Position numbers and translations under genes: made by a program. The notes beneath the pieces are model-generated. The model was not told the DNA's origin and did no database searches. It saw nothing but the letters and a program-made list of their open reading frames with translations. Below are positions 1 to 9,184 of a stretch of 64,000 nucleotides of DNA, piece after piece (the stretch's first letter is position 1; every line of letters starts with the position of its first letter). The stretch comes from an uncultured Clostridia bacterium. Lineage in GTDB: Bacteria > Bacillota > Clostridia > TANB77 > CAG-508. The stretch is taken from positions 3,439 through 67,438 of the forward strand of contig CALXAY010000005.1 in the NCBI GenBank assembly GCA_944386415.1. The letters are read 5' to 3'.

Positions 1-2230
1 TATTGTAATCATAATCAAAATCTATATTATTTTCATGAATCTCTTTTAAATCATACAATCTATTTAATTCGTTTTTAACTTGTCTTTTACAATAATATTT
101 ATCTATATTTAAGTTAGACTCTACTTTAAAATACACATCATAAAAAGCTTTAGGATAATGTACTTTAAACCATGCGATTTTAAATGCATTCATTGTATAC
201 TCTATTACATGAGCTTTTGGAAACATATATTTTATTTTTTCGGCACTTTCTATATACCATTTTGGTATATTATGTTCTTTTAATATTATTTTATATTCTT
301 CCCATTTGTCATTTATCTTTCTATCATTTTTAAATAAAATACCTTTTCTAACAAATTCAACTATATCAAAAGCTATAGATTTTTCTATTCCATGATTTAT
401 TAAATAATTAAACATATCTTCTCTATTAGAAATAACTTCACTTAATCTTTTATGCTCATTTTTTATTAAAAAGGATGCATTATAATTCCAAGTTTCTGTT
501 CCGTGAAATAGTGCCAAAATACATACTAAATCATTAAAGTTACGTGGTTTAGCTATTTCTATCATTTTTTTAGCAAAAGTCGTTCCAAACTCTGGAATAC
601 CATTTATACTAACTGGATATGAATTATCATTTGCATGTAAAAACATTTTTAATGTTTCTTTATCATTTAAATCAATAACTTTTGAATTTATTTTTGTTTC
701 TTTTTCTAATTCATGTATCATAGTTAAAACATCACTACTTAATATTTCGAGTTTGTATAACCCCAAATCACAAAGTTCACGATAATCACAATGTGTTTTA
801 AAATGCCCTTTATTTCCAATTTCTATCGGAAATAAATTTGATATTTCTAATCCATCAGGAATTATAAAAACTCTACCTAAATTTTCTCCTGTGCAACTTT
901 TTACTCCGACCAATTTATTTATAATAGAATATTTACAAGATATATCTTTTATTCCAAATAAGTCTACATATCCATTGCATGCTTTTTCTATTGTTTTATC
1001 CTTTAAATCCTCTACTGTTCCTCCCCATATTATTTTATTTTTGCCAAATCTTTTTTGAAGATATGTAAATATTTTTTCTTGTATTTTTGAAGAAAAATTT
1101 AGATCTATGTCAGGCTCTCTATCATAATCTTTTCCTGCAAAAAATTCAAAAGGAAGATTATGTTGTATAGGATTAATGTCTGTTATTCCTAATAAAAATG
1201 CTACAAATGAATTTCCTATATTCCCCCTACTACCTACTTTATACTCTAACTTTTTTGAATAATCTACCAATTCACTTGAAACTAGATATATTATTTCTAA
1301 ATTTTTTTCTTCAATAGAATGTAATTCTAATTTTAATCTTTCTTTAACTTCTTCTGGTAGCTTTTTCCCATATATTTCTTCTGCTTTTTTATAACATTTT
1401 TGTGAAATAGTTATTATTGCAGTTTCTAGTTTAGGATATGTAACTTTATCCGGTGCTAAATCAATATTTCTAATTTTCTCTGATATTTTTATAGGATTAT
1501 TTATCACAATATCTTTTGAATCTTCTATATAACTAAAAGAACTTAACAGCTCATCTGTACTTTGAAAATATTTTGTGTTTCCTAATTTTATATTAGTGCT
1601 TTTTTTATAAAGGTTTAATATTTCATTACATTTATAATCGTCTTTATCAATAAAATTACATTCTGACGTTCCTACAAGTATTTTATTATACTTTTTACAT
1701 AATCTATTAATTTTTATGTTTATATTTTTACTACTTTCATTAGGTTCAATTCCTATAAAATCATAAAAATTAAATATTAAATTAGTATTTTTATTTTCAA
1801 TGTTTTGATAGACTTCACTTTGATTTCCAATTGCTGCATACAATAATCCACTACGATATTTAATTAAATCATTTTTGTATATTGTAGGTATTTTATTTCT
1901 TTTATTGCTATATGCTTTTGATATTAGCTTATATAAATTTTTTAAACCTCTTTGTTCTTTAACATAAATATATATTGTATATAATTTATCAGAATCTTGC
2001 GAATTTTTGAAATGCATTTCAGAACCATATATTATTTTAAAATCAGTATTATTTGCATTTGATTTCAAATATCTATATGCTTCTAAAAAACTTTGAGTGC
2101 TATCAACATCTGTGATAGCAATAGATTTATAACCTCTATTTATAGCTTCTTCAATATATTCTTTAGCATAATTAATTCCTTGTAATTTTGACATTTTTGT
2201 ATGACAACATAATTCTACTCTATTTTTCAA
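1..2230 (-). CDS. C-family (PolC-like) DNA polymerase III alpha core, partial (3' end beyond left edge); no exonuclease insert
   Basis: Absent from ORF track (no stop in window). My minus-strand translation is open for all 743 codons from TTG at 2230. AGGAGG lies 5 nt upstream and the start overlaps the stop of the DnaB-like gene. Motifs read: VELCCHTKMS and AITDVDS (PHP), GSRGNIGNSFVAFLLGITDINP, EPDIDLNFS (catalytic Asp pair), GIPEFGT, KIKYMFPKAHVIEYT. Confidence 0.8.
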   Translation of the reverse strand, partial: MKNRVELCCHTKMSKLQGINYAKEYIEEAINRGYKSIAITDVDSTQSFLEAYRYLKSNANNTDFKIIYGSEMHFKNSQDSDKLYTIYIYVKEQRGLKNLYKLISKAYSNKRNKIPTIYKNDLIKYRSGLLYAAIGNQSEVYQNIENKNTNLIFNFYDFIGIEPNESSKNINIKINRLCKKYNKILVGTSECNFIDKDDYKCNEILNLYKKSTNIKLGNTKYFQSTDELLSSFSYIEDSKDIVINNPIKISEKIRNIDLAPDKVTYPKLETAIITISQKCYKKAEEIYGKKLPEEVKERLKLELHSIEEKNLEIIYLVSSELVDYSKKLEYKVGSRGNIGNSFVAFLLGITDINPIQHNLPFEFFAGKDYDREPDIDLNFSSKIQEKIFTYLQKRFGKNKIIWGGTVEDLKDKTIEKACNGYVDLFGIKDISCKYSIINKLVGVKSCTGENLGRVFIIPDGLEISNLFPIEIGNKGHFKTHCDYRELCDLGLYKLEILSSDVLTMIHELEKETKINSKVIDLNDKETLKMFLHANDNSYPVSINGIPEFGTTFAKKMIEIAKPRNFNDLVCILALFHGTETWNYNASFLIKNEHKRLSEVISNREDMFNYLINHGIEKSIAFDIVEFVRKGILFKNDRKINDKWEEYKIILKEHNIPKWYIESAEKIKYMFPKAHVIEYTMNAFKIAWFKVHYPKAFYDVYFKVESNLNIDKYYCKRQVKNELNRLYDLKEIHENNIDFDYDYN

Positions 2231-3038
2231 TTTTTCCTCCTCGATTAACTATAGTATTTCCAAACATACAATATTCTGGCATCCATGCTAGTTTAGTTAT
2301 ACCAACTTCTCCATGACTATTTTTTCCTATAATTATCTCAGTAATATTGCTTTTGTTATCTTTGTTATAATGAGAATCTCTATAAAGAAACAGTACCTTG
2401 TCAGAATATGTATAAATTCCATATTTTGAATCTGAAAAATCTGACATCATTGGTCTTTTGTTCTCTCTTTTATCACATTTACTTGATAATTGACTAGTAA
2501 TTATAACAGGAATATCTAAAGTTTTAGCTAGTACTTTAAGTTCTTTTAAAATTTCACTAATTTCTTCATCTCTACTTAATAATTTACTTTTATCATAAGA
2601 AATAAGTTGTAAATAATCGATTACAACTAAATCAATATCTTTTTCAAGCTTCATTTTTTTACATCTTAAACAAATATCCATAATTGAAATATTAGGTGTA
2701 TCATCTATATAAATTTTAGCATTTTTTAATAGTTTTTTTGCATATTCAATTCTATCCTTATCTTCTTTTGAAAGTCCTGTTTTATCTTTAGAACTTACAT
2801 ATAGATTGAATTTTTTGTATTCAACCATAGAATTACTTATAATAAATTTCTTAATAACACTTTCTTTATCCACATCAAGACTATAAAATAATACTGATTT
2901 ATTTTCTTTTATAGACACATTACTTATTATATTTTGTACAAATGTAGATTTTCCCATTGCTGGTCTTGAAGCAATTACTATTAGTTCATTTTTATTTAAT
3001 TTTATAATATTATCTAATTCTTTAAATCCTGTTTTCAT
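2220..3038 (-). CDS. DnaB-family helicase, C-terminal RecA-like ATPase domain only (no N-terminal primase-binding domain)
   Basis: TGFKELD, Walker A RPAMGKSTF, Walker B/DnaB signature DLVVIDYLQLIS, IPVIITSQLS. Only 272 aa. 4-nt overlap with the upstream gene and 11-nt overlap with the polymerase start. Confidence 0.75.
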   Translation of the reverse strand: MKTGFKELDNIIKLNKNELIVIASRPAMGKSTFVQNIISNVSIKENKSVLFYSLDVDKESVIKKFIISNSMVEYKKFNLYVSSKDKTGLSKEDKDRIEYAKKLLKNAKIYIDDTPNISIMDICLRCKKMKLEKDIDLVVIDYLQLISYDKSKLLSRDEEISEILKELKVLAKTLDIPVIITSQLSSKCDKRENKRPMMSDFSDSKYGIYTYSDKVLFLYRDSHYNKDNKSNITEIIIGKNSHGEVGITKLAWMPEYCMFGNTIVNRGGKIEK

Positions 3039-3910
3039 TTTATATCCTTTCCTTTCATTTGTTCCATTATCTCTGGAACATCTCTGAAACTTTTATTTTC
3101 ATTTAATGTTATTCTACCGCTTTCAATATCCATCCATTTTATATTATTTAATTTTATTTCTCCTTTAAAATATTTGCTTAAGAACAAAATTGGAGAATCA
3201 TTAGGTAATTTATCTGTATATAATTCAAGTTCTTTTTCATTAAAGATATCTATATGACACCCCTCATCATAACTATTATGATTAGTAATCACTTTATAAG
3301 AATTTCTAAAAAACTTTTGATTTTTATTTTTATGAGGAATATCTGTTATTACATGTAATTTATTACAAAAAATATAATCTTTTGAATCGCTATTATAACC
3401 TTTTCTTATTTTTACAATATCTCCTTTTTTAAATTTACTACCTGCCAAAGGACTTATATAATCTTCATATTCCATCATTACTTTTCTTTCTTTCCTTTTT
3501 CCATTATAATTAAAAATATATATTCCTATAATATAAATTTCTTTTCCATTGCAATCATAACAATGTTCTATTTTTGCTGGCTCTAAATCTGCACAATATA
3601 AATCATAAATATCAATATCATTAACTACTGGTAAATTTTCTATATAATTTAGTTTATCTATTTTATCAGGTTCAAATTCAGTTATTGTAAAATCGTATAT
3701 TACTTTTAGTTTAAATAATTCTTCCTTAGATAAATTTGTTTTTGAAGAGTCACTTTTTAAGTCTTCCTCAAATAAATTTTCATATTCTTTTCTAAATTGA
3801 TTTTCTAACCATTTTTTCCCTACTTCTTTTGCTAATCTTAAGTCTGAATATACTTGATGGTTATACTTCCATGAATCAAATGTTACTTGTAATAGATATA
3901 TTTTATTCAT
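3035..3910 (-). CDS. hypothetical protein (291 aa), first gene of the DnaB-like/PolC-like operon
   Basis: Long ORF with RBS GAAAGGAAG upstream. ATGA overlap with the DnaB-like gene. No motif recognised. Confidence 0.6.
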   Translation of the reverse strand: MNKIYLLQVTFDSWKYNHQVYSDLRLAKEVGKKWLENQFRKEYENLFEEDLKSDSSKTNLSKEELFKLKVIYDFTITEFEPDKIDKLNYIENLPVVNDIDIYDLYCADLEPAKIEHCYDCNGKEIYIIGIYIFNYNGKRKERKVMMEYEDYISPLAGSKFKKGDIVKIRKGYNSDSKDYIFCNKLHVITDIPHKNKNQKFFRNSYKVITNHNSYDEGCHIDIFNEKELELYTDKLPNDSPILFLSKYFKGEIKLNNIKWMDIESGRITLNENKSFRDVPEIMEQMKGKDIK

Positions 3911-4002
3911 TTTTTCTACTTCCTTTCATATTCTAATACGATATTGATACATTTGTTATATTCTTCTAAATACATTAGATTTATTTTTCCTAATTATAGA
4001 AA

Positions 4003-4031
4003 ATTATATTATGCAAAACATGTTATTTCAA
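4003..4031 (-). promoter_or_regulatory. sigma-A type promoter for the 291-aa/DnaB-like/PolC-like operon
   Basis: Minus strand reads TTGAAA (4031..4026), a 17-nt spacer, then TATAAT (4008..4003), about 90 nt upstream of the ATG at 3910. Confidence 0.55.
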
Positions 4032-4065
4032 TATATCTGGTCATACAATGCTTATTGCTAATTAT

Positions 4066-4092
4066 AAAAAAAGCCTTGGAATAATCCAAAGC
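4066..4092 (-). terminator. intrinsic terminator after the WYL regulator gene
   Basis: 7-bp GC-containing stem (gcuuugg/ccaaggc, one G-U pair) followed by a U7 run on the minus strand, 27 nt after the stop at 4119. Confidence 0.5.
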
Positions 4093-4118
4093 TCTATTTT
4101 ATATATTTTCTTAAATGT

Positions 4119-5114
4119 TTATATTTCATATTTTTTCATTGCATTTTTTACAACTTCTTGCATTTCATTTCTTAATGTAATAGGTCTTTTTACTTCTACT
4201 AAATCAATATTTCTCATAGCCCACATTTTAAATCCCATTGTGTTGGTATCTACTAACAATTTAAAATATTCTTCATCATTTGGTATTTTTTCAATGGTTA
4301 CATTTCTTCCGAATGTTTCAAATATTGTATCTAGTAACCAAATATGACAGATTGCTTCTATTTCTTCTTTTTCTCCTCCAAACATTTCTGTAGAAGATTC
4401 TGCAAAATCTTGTATTTCACTTTTTTTCTTCTTTATTTTAATATCTTCATTTAATATTTGAACATTCTTCATTCTATCTAATCTGTAATTATAAAATTTA
4501 GTTTCTCCTTCTTTTATTCCAATTAAATAAAATTCTTGTTTATTATATATAATTGCATAAGGAGATACTGTTGGCGTACTTACTATTTTCTTTTCTAATT
4601 TATTAGTTATTGCGTATTTCCAATATTCAAATTTAATTTTTTTATTTTGAAAAATACTCTCAGATATATCTTCTATATTTTTTATTACTTCTGCATTTTC
4701 TGTTTTACTATTAACAGAATATATTTGATAATCTTTTAATTTTTCATTTTCATATATATTTTGCATATTTTTACATTTTTTTATAATTTCTTTTGCTACA
4801 CTTGGCACAATATAATTTGCATAACTAAAATTATCTATTATTGCTCTTATTTCTCCTGGTTCGAAATCTGTTTCTGGGTCTCTATTTATATAATATCCTT
4901 TACCATTTTCTTCTCTTGTACTAATATCATAATCTAGCTTATATTTTAGTAAATTGATATTCCTTCTTATCGTTCTTGGATCAATTTCTACATCATATAT
5001 TTCTTTTACTTTTCTTTGAATCTCTATTGCTGATAGCATATGTTCTTCATCACTATATTTTTTTAATACATTTAATATGTATAATATGTTTCCATTTTTT
5101 TCATATAAATCCAT
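4119..5114 (-). CDS. WYL-domain transcriptional regulator (wHTH-WYL-C-terminal extension)
   Basis: N-terminal wHTH (LSAIEIQRKV..DPRTIRRNINLL). Central WYL-type region (IKFEYWKY..VSPYAIIYNKQEFYLIG..YRLDRM). Confidence 0.8.
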   Translation of the reverse strand: MDLYEKNGNILYILNVLKKYSDEEHMLSAIEIQRKVKEIYDVEIDPRTIRRNINLLKYKLDYDISTREENGKGYYINRDPETDFEPGEIRAIIDNFSYANYIVPSVAKEIIKKCKNMQNIYENEKLKDYQIYSVNSKTENAEVIKNIEDISESIFQNKKIKFEYWKYAITNKLEKKIVSTPTVSPYAIIYNKQEFYLIGIKEGETKFYNYRLDRMKNVQILNEDIKIKKKKSEIQDFAESSTEMFGGEKEEIEAICHIWLLDTIFETFGRNVTIEKIPNDEEYFKLLVDTNTMGFKMWAMRNIDLVEVKRPITLRNEMQEVVKNAMKKYEI

Positions 5115-5141
5115 AACTTTATCCCCATTTCTTTTATCTAA

Positions 5142-6092
5142 TTATTTGTTGGAATACCAAATTATATGATCCATTTCATTCCTAGTTATTTTTTCTGTTG
5201 TATTATTTCTTATATCTTCTAAACAGTTATAAAATTTTCTATATTGTTCAATTATTTCTTTTTCATTCGTATATTTCTTTTTATCAAATTTTAATTTTTT
5301 TACTTCAATTTTTTGTCCGTTTAAATATTCATTAATATAATATCCTATATTACTTATAATAATATTATCATATATATAATATTTATCATCTTCATCCTTG
5401 CTTTTATCAAATTTAAAAATTTTTTTTGCTTCTATATCAGAAGTAAAGGCATTACTTACATATTTACAAAATTTTGTAGCAAAAGAATAATGAAAATTCT
5501 CATCATCATTTTTAGGAACCGTTATATATCCTATTAATGAAAACTCATTTTTTTTAATTAGTTGTTTTACAAATTTTTCTATTCCATTTTGTTTATCTAT
5601 AATATAATCATAGATTTTTTGCGAAACATTTCTCCTACCTTCTGTATTACCAGATTGATGAGCAGATAAGTGGGTAGAATTTTCTCTATCTATTGCATAG
5701 ACCACTCCATTTATTATAGTTTTTAAATCTAATTTTATATTTATTTCTTGGTTTTCATTTTCTTTTTTCTTTTCATATGTTAATGTATCTAAAATCTTCT
5801 CGCTATTATTTTTTTTATCTTTAATTATTTTAGCTATTTCTATAAATTGCTTAATCCAATAGCTACTAGAACCATATCTATGTAATTTTATTTTTTTATC
5901 GCTTTCTTCTTTTAAATATTCAACATACTCTACACTTGGTTTATTAATTCTACTATTAGAATCTTTATAACGAGAATCTATCATTAGTACTGCTTCTATA
6001 AAATCTGCATTATTGCGAGTTAAACTTAATTTTTCATTTTCTTTAAAAAAATCTAACTTTTTATAATATTTATTATCTTCTATTTTACTCAT
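5142..6092 (-). CDS. hypothetical protein (316 aa) with C-terminal RNxxxH motif (possible HEPN-like)
   Basis: 8-nt overlap with the upstream nuclease gene. Only recognisable element is TRNEMDH close to the C-terminus. No other family assignable by eye. Confidence 0.55.
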   Translation of the reverse strand: MSKIEDNKYYKKLDFFKENEKLSLTRNNADFIEAVLMIDSRYKDSNSRINKPSVEYVEYLKEESDKKIKLHRYGSSSYWIKQFIEIAKIIKDKKNNSEKILDTLTYEKKKENENQEINIKLDLKTIINGVVYAIDRENSTHLSAHQSGNTEGRRNVSQKIYDYIIDKQNGIEKFVKQLIKKNEFSLIGYITVPKNDDENFHYSFATKFCKYVSNAFTSDIEAKKIFKFDKSKDEDDKYYIYDNIIISNIGYYINEYLNGQKIEVKKLKFDKKKYTNEKEIIEQYRKFYNCLEDIRNNTTEKITRNEMDHIIWYSNK

Positions 6093-7596
6093 ATCTTTCT
6101 TCCTCTATTATTTCATTAAATTTCATCCATATTTTTACCATTGCATAAGTATCAAGTTCACAATAAACTAAAAGTCCGTGTCTTATTTTTTCTTGTTCTT
6201 CTTTTGATTTACCTTTTAAACTTAAAAATGCATCTGAAGCTTCCTCTCCATTATGTACTACTGGCAAATTATGATAATTAAGCTCTGAATCATCTGGATA
6301 AAGTGCTGGAAGTACTGCTTTTATTGAAGCTGAACCATGCATTTCTTTGCAATAATATTTCCTTTGTTTAAAAGGCTCTAAAAAATCTACCATATTATTA
6401 TTAATTCTATCCATCTCATCTTTTAAATCAGGATACATTCTTGCGATTTCATTATTTCTTGCAGGTTCAAAAGATTTGTTATATATAATTACACTTCCAT
6501 TTTTTGGCATATCTTTAATCATGCTTTCTGCAAAATGTCTTATAAAATCTTTATCATCAATTTCTGCTAAAAATTCTTTATGCTCAAGTTGTGCTCCTTT
6601 TTCTTTTATTATATGTAAAGAATATTGAAAAGGAAGTTGTTGATAGGGTTTAGTACCTTCAATTTCTGGTATTGCTGACTGATATGTTTCATAATCTATA
6701 AAATATAAAGGATATTTAAGTGAAGTCATTATATCTCTTATTGCATCTACATCTATTTTAGGCTTTATATTATTTAATTCAAAATCAATTTGTTCTAAAT
6801 ATTTAGGATTTAACTCTTCATCATTTTTTAAATCTTCAAAAGAAACCTTTCCTTCGTAATATTTTTCAAACTTTTTACTCTTTCTCATTCCTCCTGCTAT
6901 ATCAAAAACATTAGGATTTGGTAAATCTCTAGTGCAATACTCCCAAAATTCACAATCGTACGGATTAGAACATTTTAATCCTATATCAGTTATTGGTTCA
7001 TTGCTTTTGTCATGTTCTTCCATATAGTTATTTATCATATCAATATTATTTTTTATTTCTTCTTGTTTTGATTTCACTATATCTGTTATATCTTCTATAT
7101 TAAATAATTTATCTATTTCAAGTTCTTTTCCTCTTACATATTGATTATTTATATAAACAATACATGCTTTTTTTATGCTTAATCCAAGATTAGACAATAC
7201 ATAATATTGATAAGATACATCATCTAGATAAATATCATGAATTTCAGTTGAACTTTTAACTTCGTATATTTCAATTCCATCTAAGTCATTTTTTAAAATG
7301 TCTATACTGCAAAAGTTGTTTTCGTAATTAAATGATGCTTCTGTAATAATGTTAGGTCTATTTTTTAATAATTCTTTTGTTTTTTCTATCATAACATTAA
7401 GAGTTTCATCAAATTCAATATTTTGATACTTGCCAAATAAACCTTTTGCAAGGGCTCCTACTTTTGTACCATTTTCTAATATTGAATCCCTAGCTGTTGG
7501 AATTGCACATTCTGGTTTATATTTTTTAAGCCATAAAATTTTTGGACACTGTACACATTTACAATATTTTGATTTAGATAAATGAACATTCCCCAT
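6085..7596 (-). CDS. DUF2779-like dual nuclease: Cas4/RecB-type PD-(D/E)XK domain with Cys cluster plus DnaQ-like exonuclease-fold domain
   Basis: N-terminal KYCKCVQCPKILWL, IYEVKSS (ExK), SYQYYV (QxxxY), CSNPYDCEFWEYC. The C-terminal half has FIDYETY and CELDTYAM. Confidence 0.7.
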   Translation of the reverse strand: MGNVHLSKSKYCKCVQCPKILWLKKYKPECAIPTARDSILENGTKVGALAKGLFGKYQNIEFDETLNVMIEKTKELLKNRPNIITEASFNYENNFCSIDILKNDLDGIEIYEVKSSTEIHDIYLDDVSYQYYVLSNLGLSIKKACIVYINNQYVRGKELEIDKLFNIEDITDIVKSKQEEIKNNIDMINNYMEEHDKSNEPITDIGLKCSNPYDCEFWEYCTRDLPNPNVFDIAGGMRKSKKFEKYYEGKVSFEDLKNDEELNPKYLEQIDFELNNIKPKIDVDAIRDIMTSLKYPLYFIDYETYQSAIPEIEGTKPYQQLPFQYSLHIIKEKGAQLEHKEFLAEIDDKDFIRHFAESMIKDMPKNGSVIIYNKSFEPARNNEIARMYPDLKDEMDRINNNMVDFLEPFKQRKYYCKEMHGSASIKAVLPALYPDDSELNYHNLPVVHNGEEASDAFLSLKGKSKEEQEKIRHGLLVYCELDTYAMVKIWMKFNEIIEEERYE

Positions 7597-7702
7597 GATA
7601 TATTCGCCCCTTTATAAATTATATCATTTGATTTTATTTAAAGTAAACTTGACTGGTCATGAAATGGATATATGTATTTATTAACTTAATATTTTCCTTC
7701 TG

Positions 7703-7731
7703 CTGTTTTTTTCCCCCGTCCTAAAAAACAG
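7703..7731. repeat. A/T-stem, G/C-loop hairpin element, copy 1 (copy 2 at 37124..37150)
   Basis: ctgtttttt / cccccgtcct / aaaaaacag followed by tttat. Lies just after the stop of the 7739..8383 gene. Confidence 0.5.
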
Positions 7732-7738
7732 TTTATTA

Positions 7739-8383
7739 TTACACATTTTTCTTATTATTATAAATTTTATCCAAATATTCATCTGGATAAGCTCTGTCTA
7801 GGAATATGTCCAAATCATTTTTAGGCGGTATGTTATTTCTTCTTTCTTGTTGTCTATTTGATGCTAGTGCTGAGATTGTAATATCAAATGTCATAAATAT
7901 TATCAAAAATACAGTTAATATCCTAACACTTTTCTTATAAATAAGAGGCTCTATTTTCTCTATCCAAGGATATATAATCTTTAAAAATGCTACTGCTATT
8001 ATTCCCCAATATACGCAATAAAGCAGGCAAGTTCTTCCATTTAAATTGAAGAAAAATCTACTATAATCCCAAGAAATAGTACCAAATAATATTTCTTGGA
8101 AAAATGAACATAAATATTCTAAAGCTCCTCCCATAATCATTCCAGCAAAAAATGCATCTTTTGGTTCTTTAAATACTTTTATTAAGAAATAATATGCAAC
8201 TGCCCCCATTCCATACACTTGTACAAATGGTCCATATATTAGCCCTTGTCTAATTACTAATGTTCTTGTATAAACTGTTGCATATAACATTTCTGCGACA
8301 AAACCAAATACGCTCCCTATAATAAAAATCCAAAATATTTTAATTATGAAATTAGTTACTTTTTTTATTTTATCTTTCTTCAT
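7739..8383 (-). CDS. polytopic membrane protein (CmpB / putative ABC-transporter type IV family-like)
   Basis: Multiple TM helices. IYGPFVQVYGMG and SWDYSRFFFNLNGR resemble that family as I recall it. Confidence 0.5.
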   Translation of the reverse strand: MKKDKIKKVTNFIIKIFWIFIIGSVFGFVAEMLYATVYTRTLVIRQGLIYGPFVQVYGMGAVAYYFLIKVFKEPKDAFFAGMIMGGALEYLCSFFQEILFGTISWDYSRFFFNLNGRTCLLYCVYWGIIAVAFLKIIYPWIEKIEPLIYKKSVRILTVFLIIFMTFDITISALASNRQQERRNNIPPKNDLDIFLDRAYPDEYLDKIYNNKKNV

Positions 8384-8396
8384 CTACTTCCTCGTT

Positions 8397-9104
8397 TTAT
8401 TTTAGAATATCTTTTATAACCTCTCCTGCAATTATCATTCCACAAATAGCTGGAACATATGAAATACTTGCAGGTGTTCTTTCTTTTATAACTGGCTCTT
8501 CCTTTGAATAAACTACTTTAACGTCCTTTATATTTCTTTTTCTTAATTCTTTTCTCATTGTCCTGGCTAATGGACATACATCTGTTTTATAGATATCTGC
8601 TATTTCAAATTTATTAGCTTCTAATTTATTACCCGTTCCCATTGCTGAAATAACTGGAATCCCTATAGTCTTTGCCTTTTCGATTATACTTATTTTTGTT
8701 TTTACAGTATCAACTGCATCTATTACATATGAAAAACTATCATCTATTAGATTTTCTTCTTTAAATTCTAATTTTTTTGGATTATAAATTTCCACGTTTG
8801 CTTTTGGATTTATCTCTAAAATTCTTTCTTTCATAACCTCTATTTTACTTTTTCCTACAGTTTTTATATTACTATGTATTTGCCTATTTATATTAGTTAC
8901 AGAAATATTATCTGGATCAACTAGTACTAAATTTCCAATACCTGCTCTTACTAATCCTTCTACAATATAAGAACCTACTCCACCTATTCCATATATTATA
9001 ATTTTAGAATCTTCTAATTTCTTAATCGCTTTTTTTCCTATTAGTTTCTCTGTTCTTTCTTTCCAATTACTTTCCATTTTCGTTTTCCTTTTTAATCTTA
9101 GCAT
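8397..9104 (-). CDS. tcdA: ThiF/HesA-family protein, tRNA t6A dehydratase TcdA-like
   Basis: IIIYGIGGVGSYIVEGLVRAGIGNLVLVDPDNISVTNINRQ (Rossmann GxGxxG plus DxD..N.NRQ). Confidence 0.7.
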   Translation of the reverse strand: MLRLKRKTKMESNWKERTEKLIGKKAIKKLEDSKIIIYGIGGVGSYIVEGLVRAGIGNLVLVDPDNISVTNINRQIHSNIKTVGKSKIEVMKERILEINPKANVEIYNPKKLEFKEENLIDDSFSYVIDAVDTVKTKISIIEKAKTIGIPVISAMGTGNKLEANKFEIADIYKTDVCPLARTMRKELRKRNIKDVKVVYSKEEPVIKERTPASISYVPAICGMIIAGEVIKDILK

Positions 9105-9184
9105 TTTGGTCTATTATAGCATAGTTTTTACTTTTGTGCTATAATAAGTTATATAATTTATTTAAAAGTTAGGGAGCATAGAAT

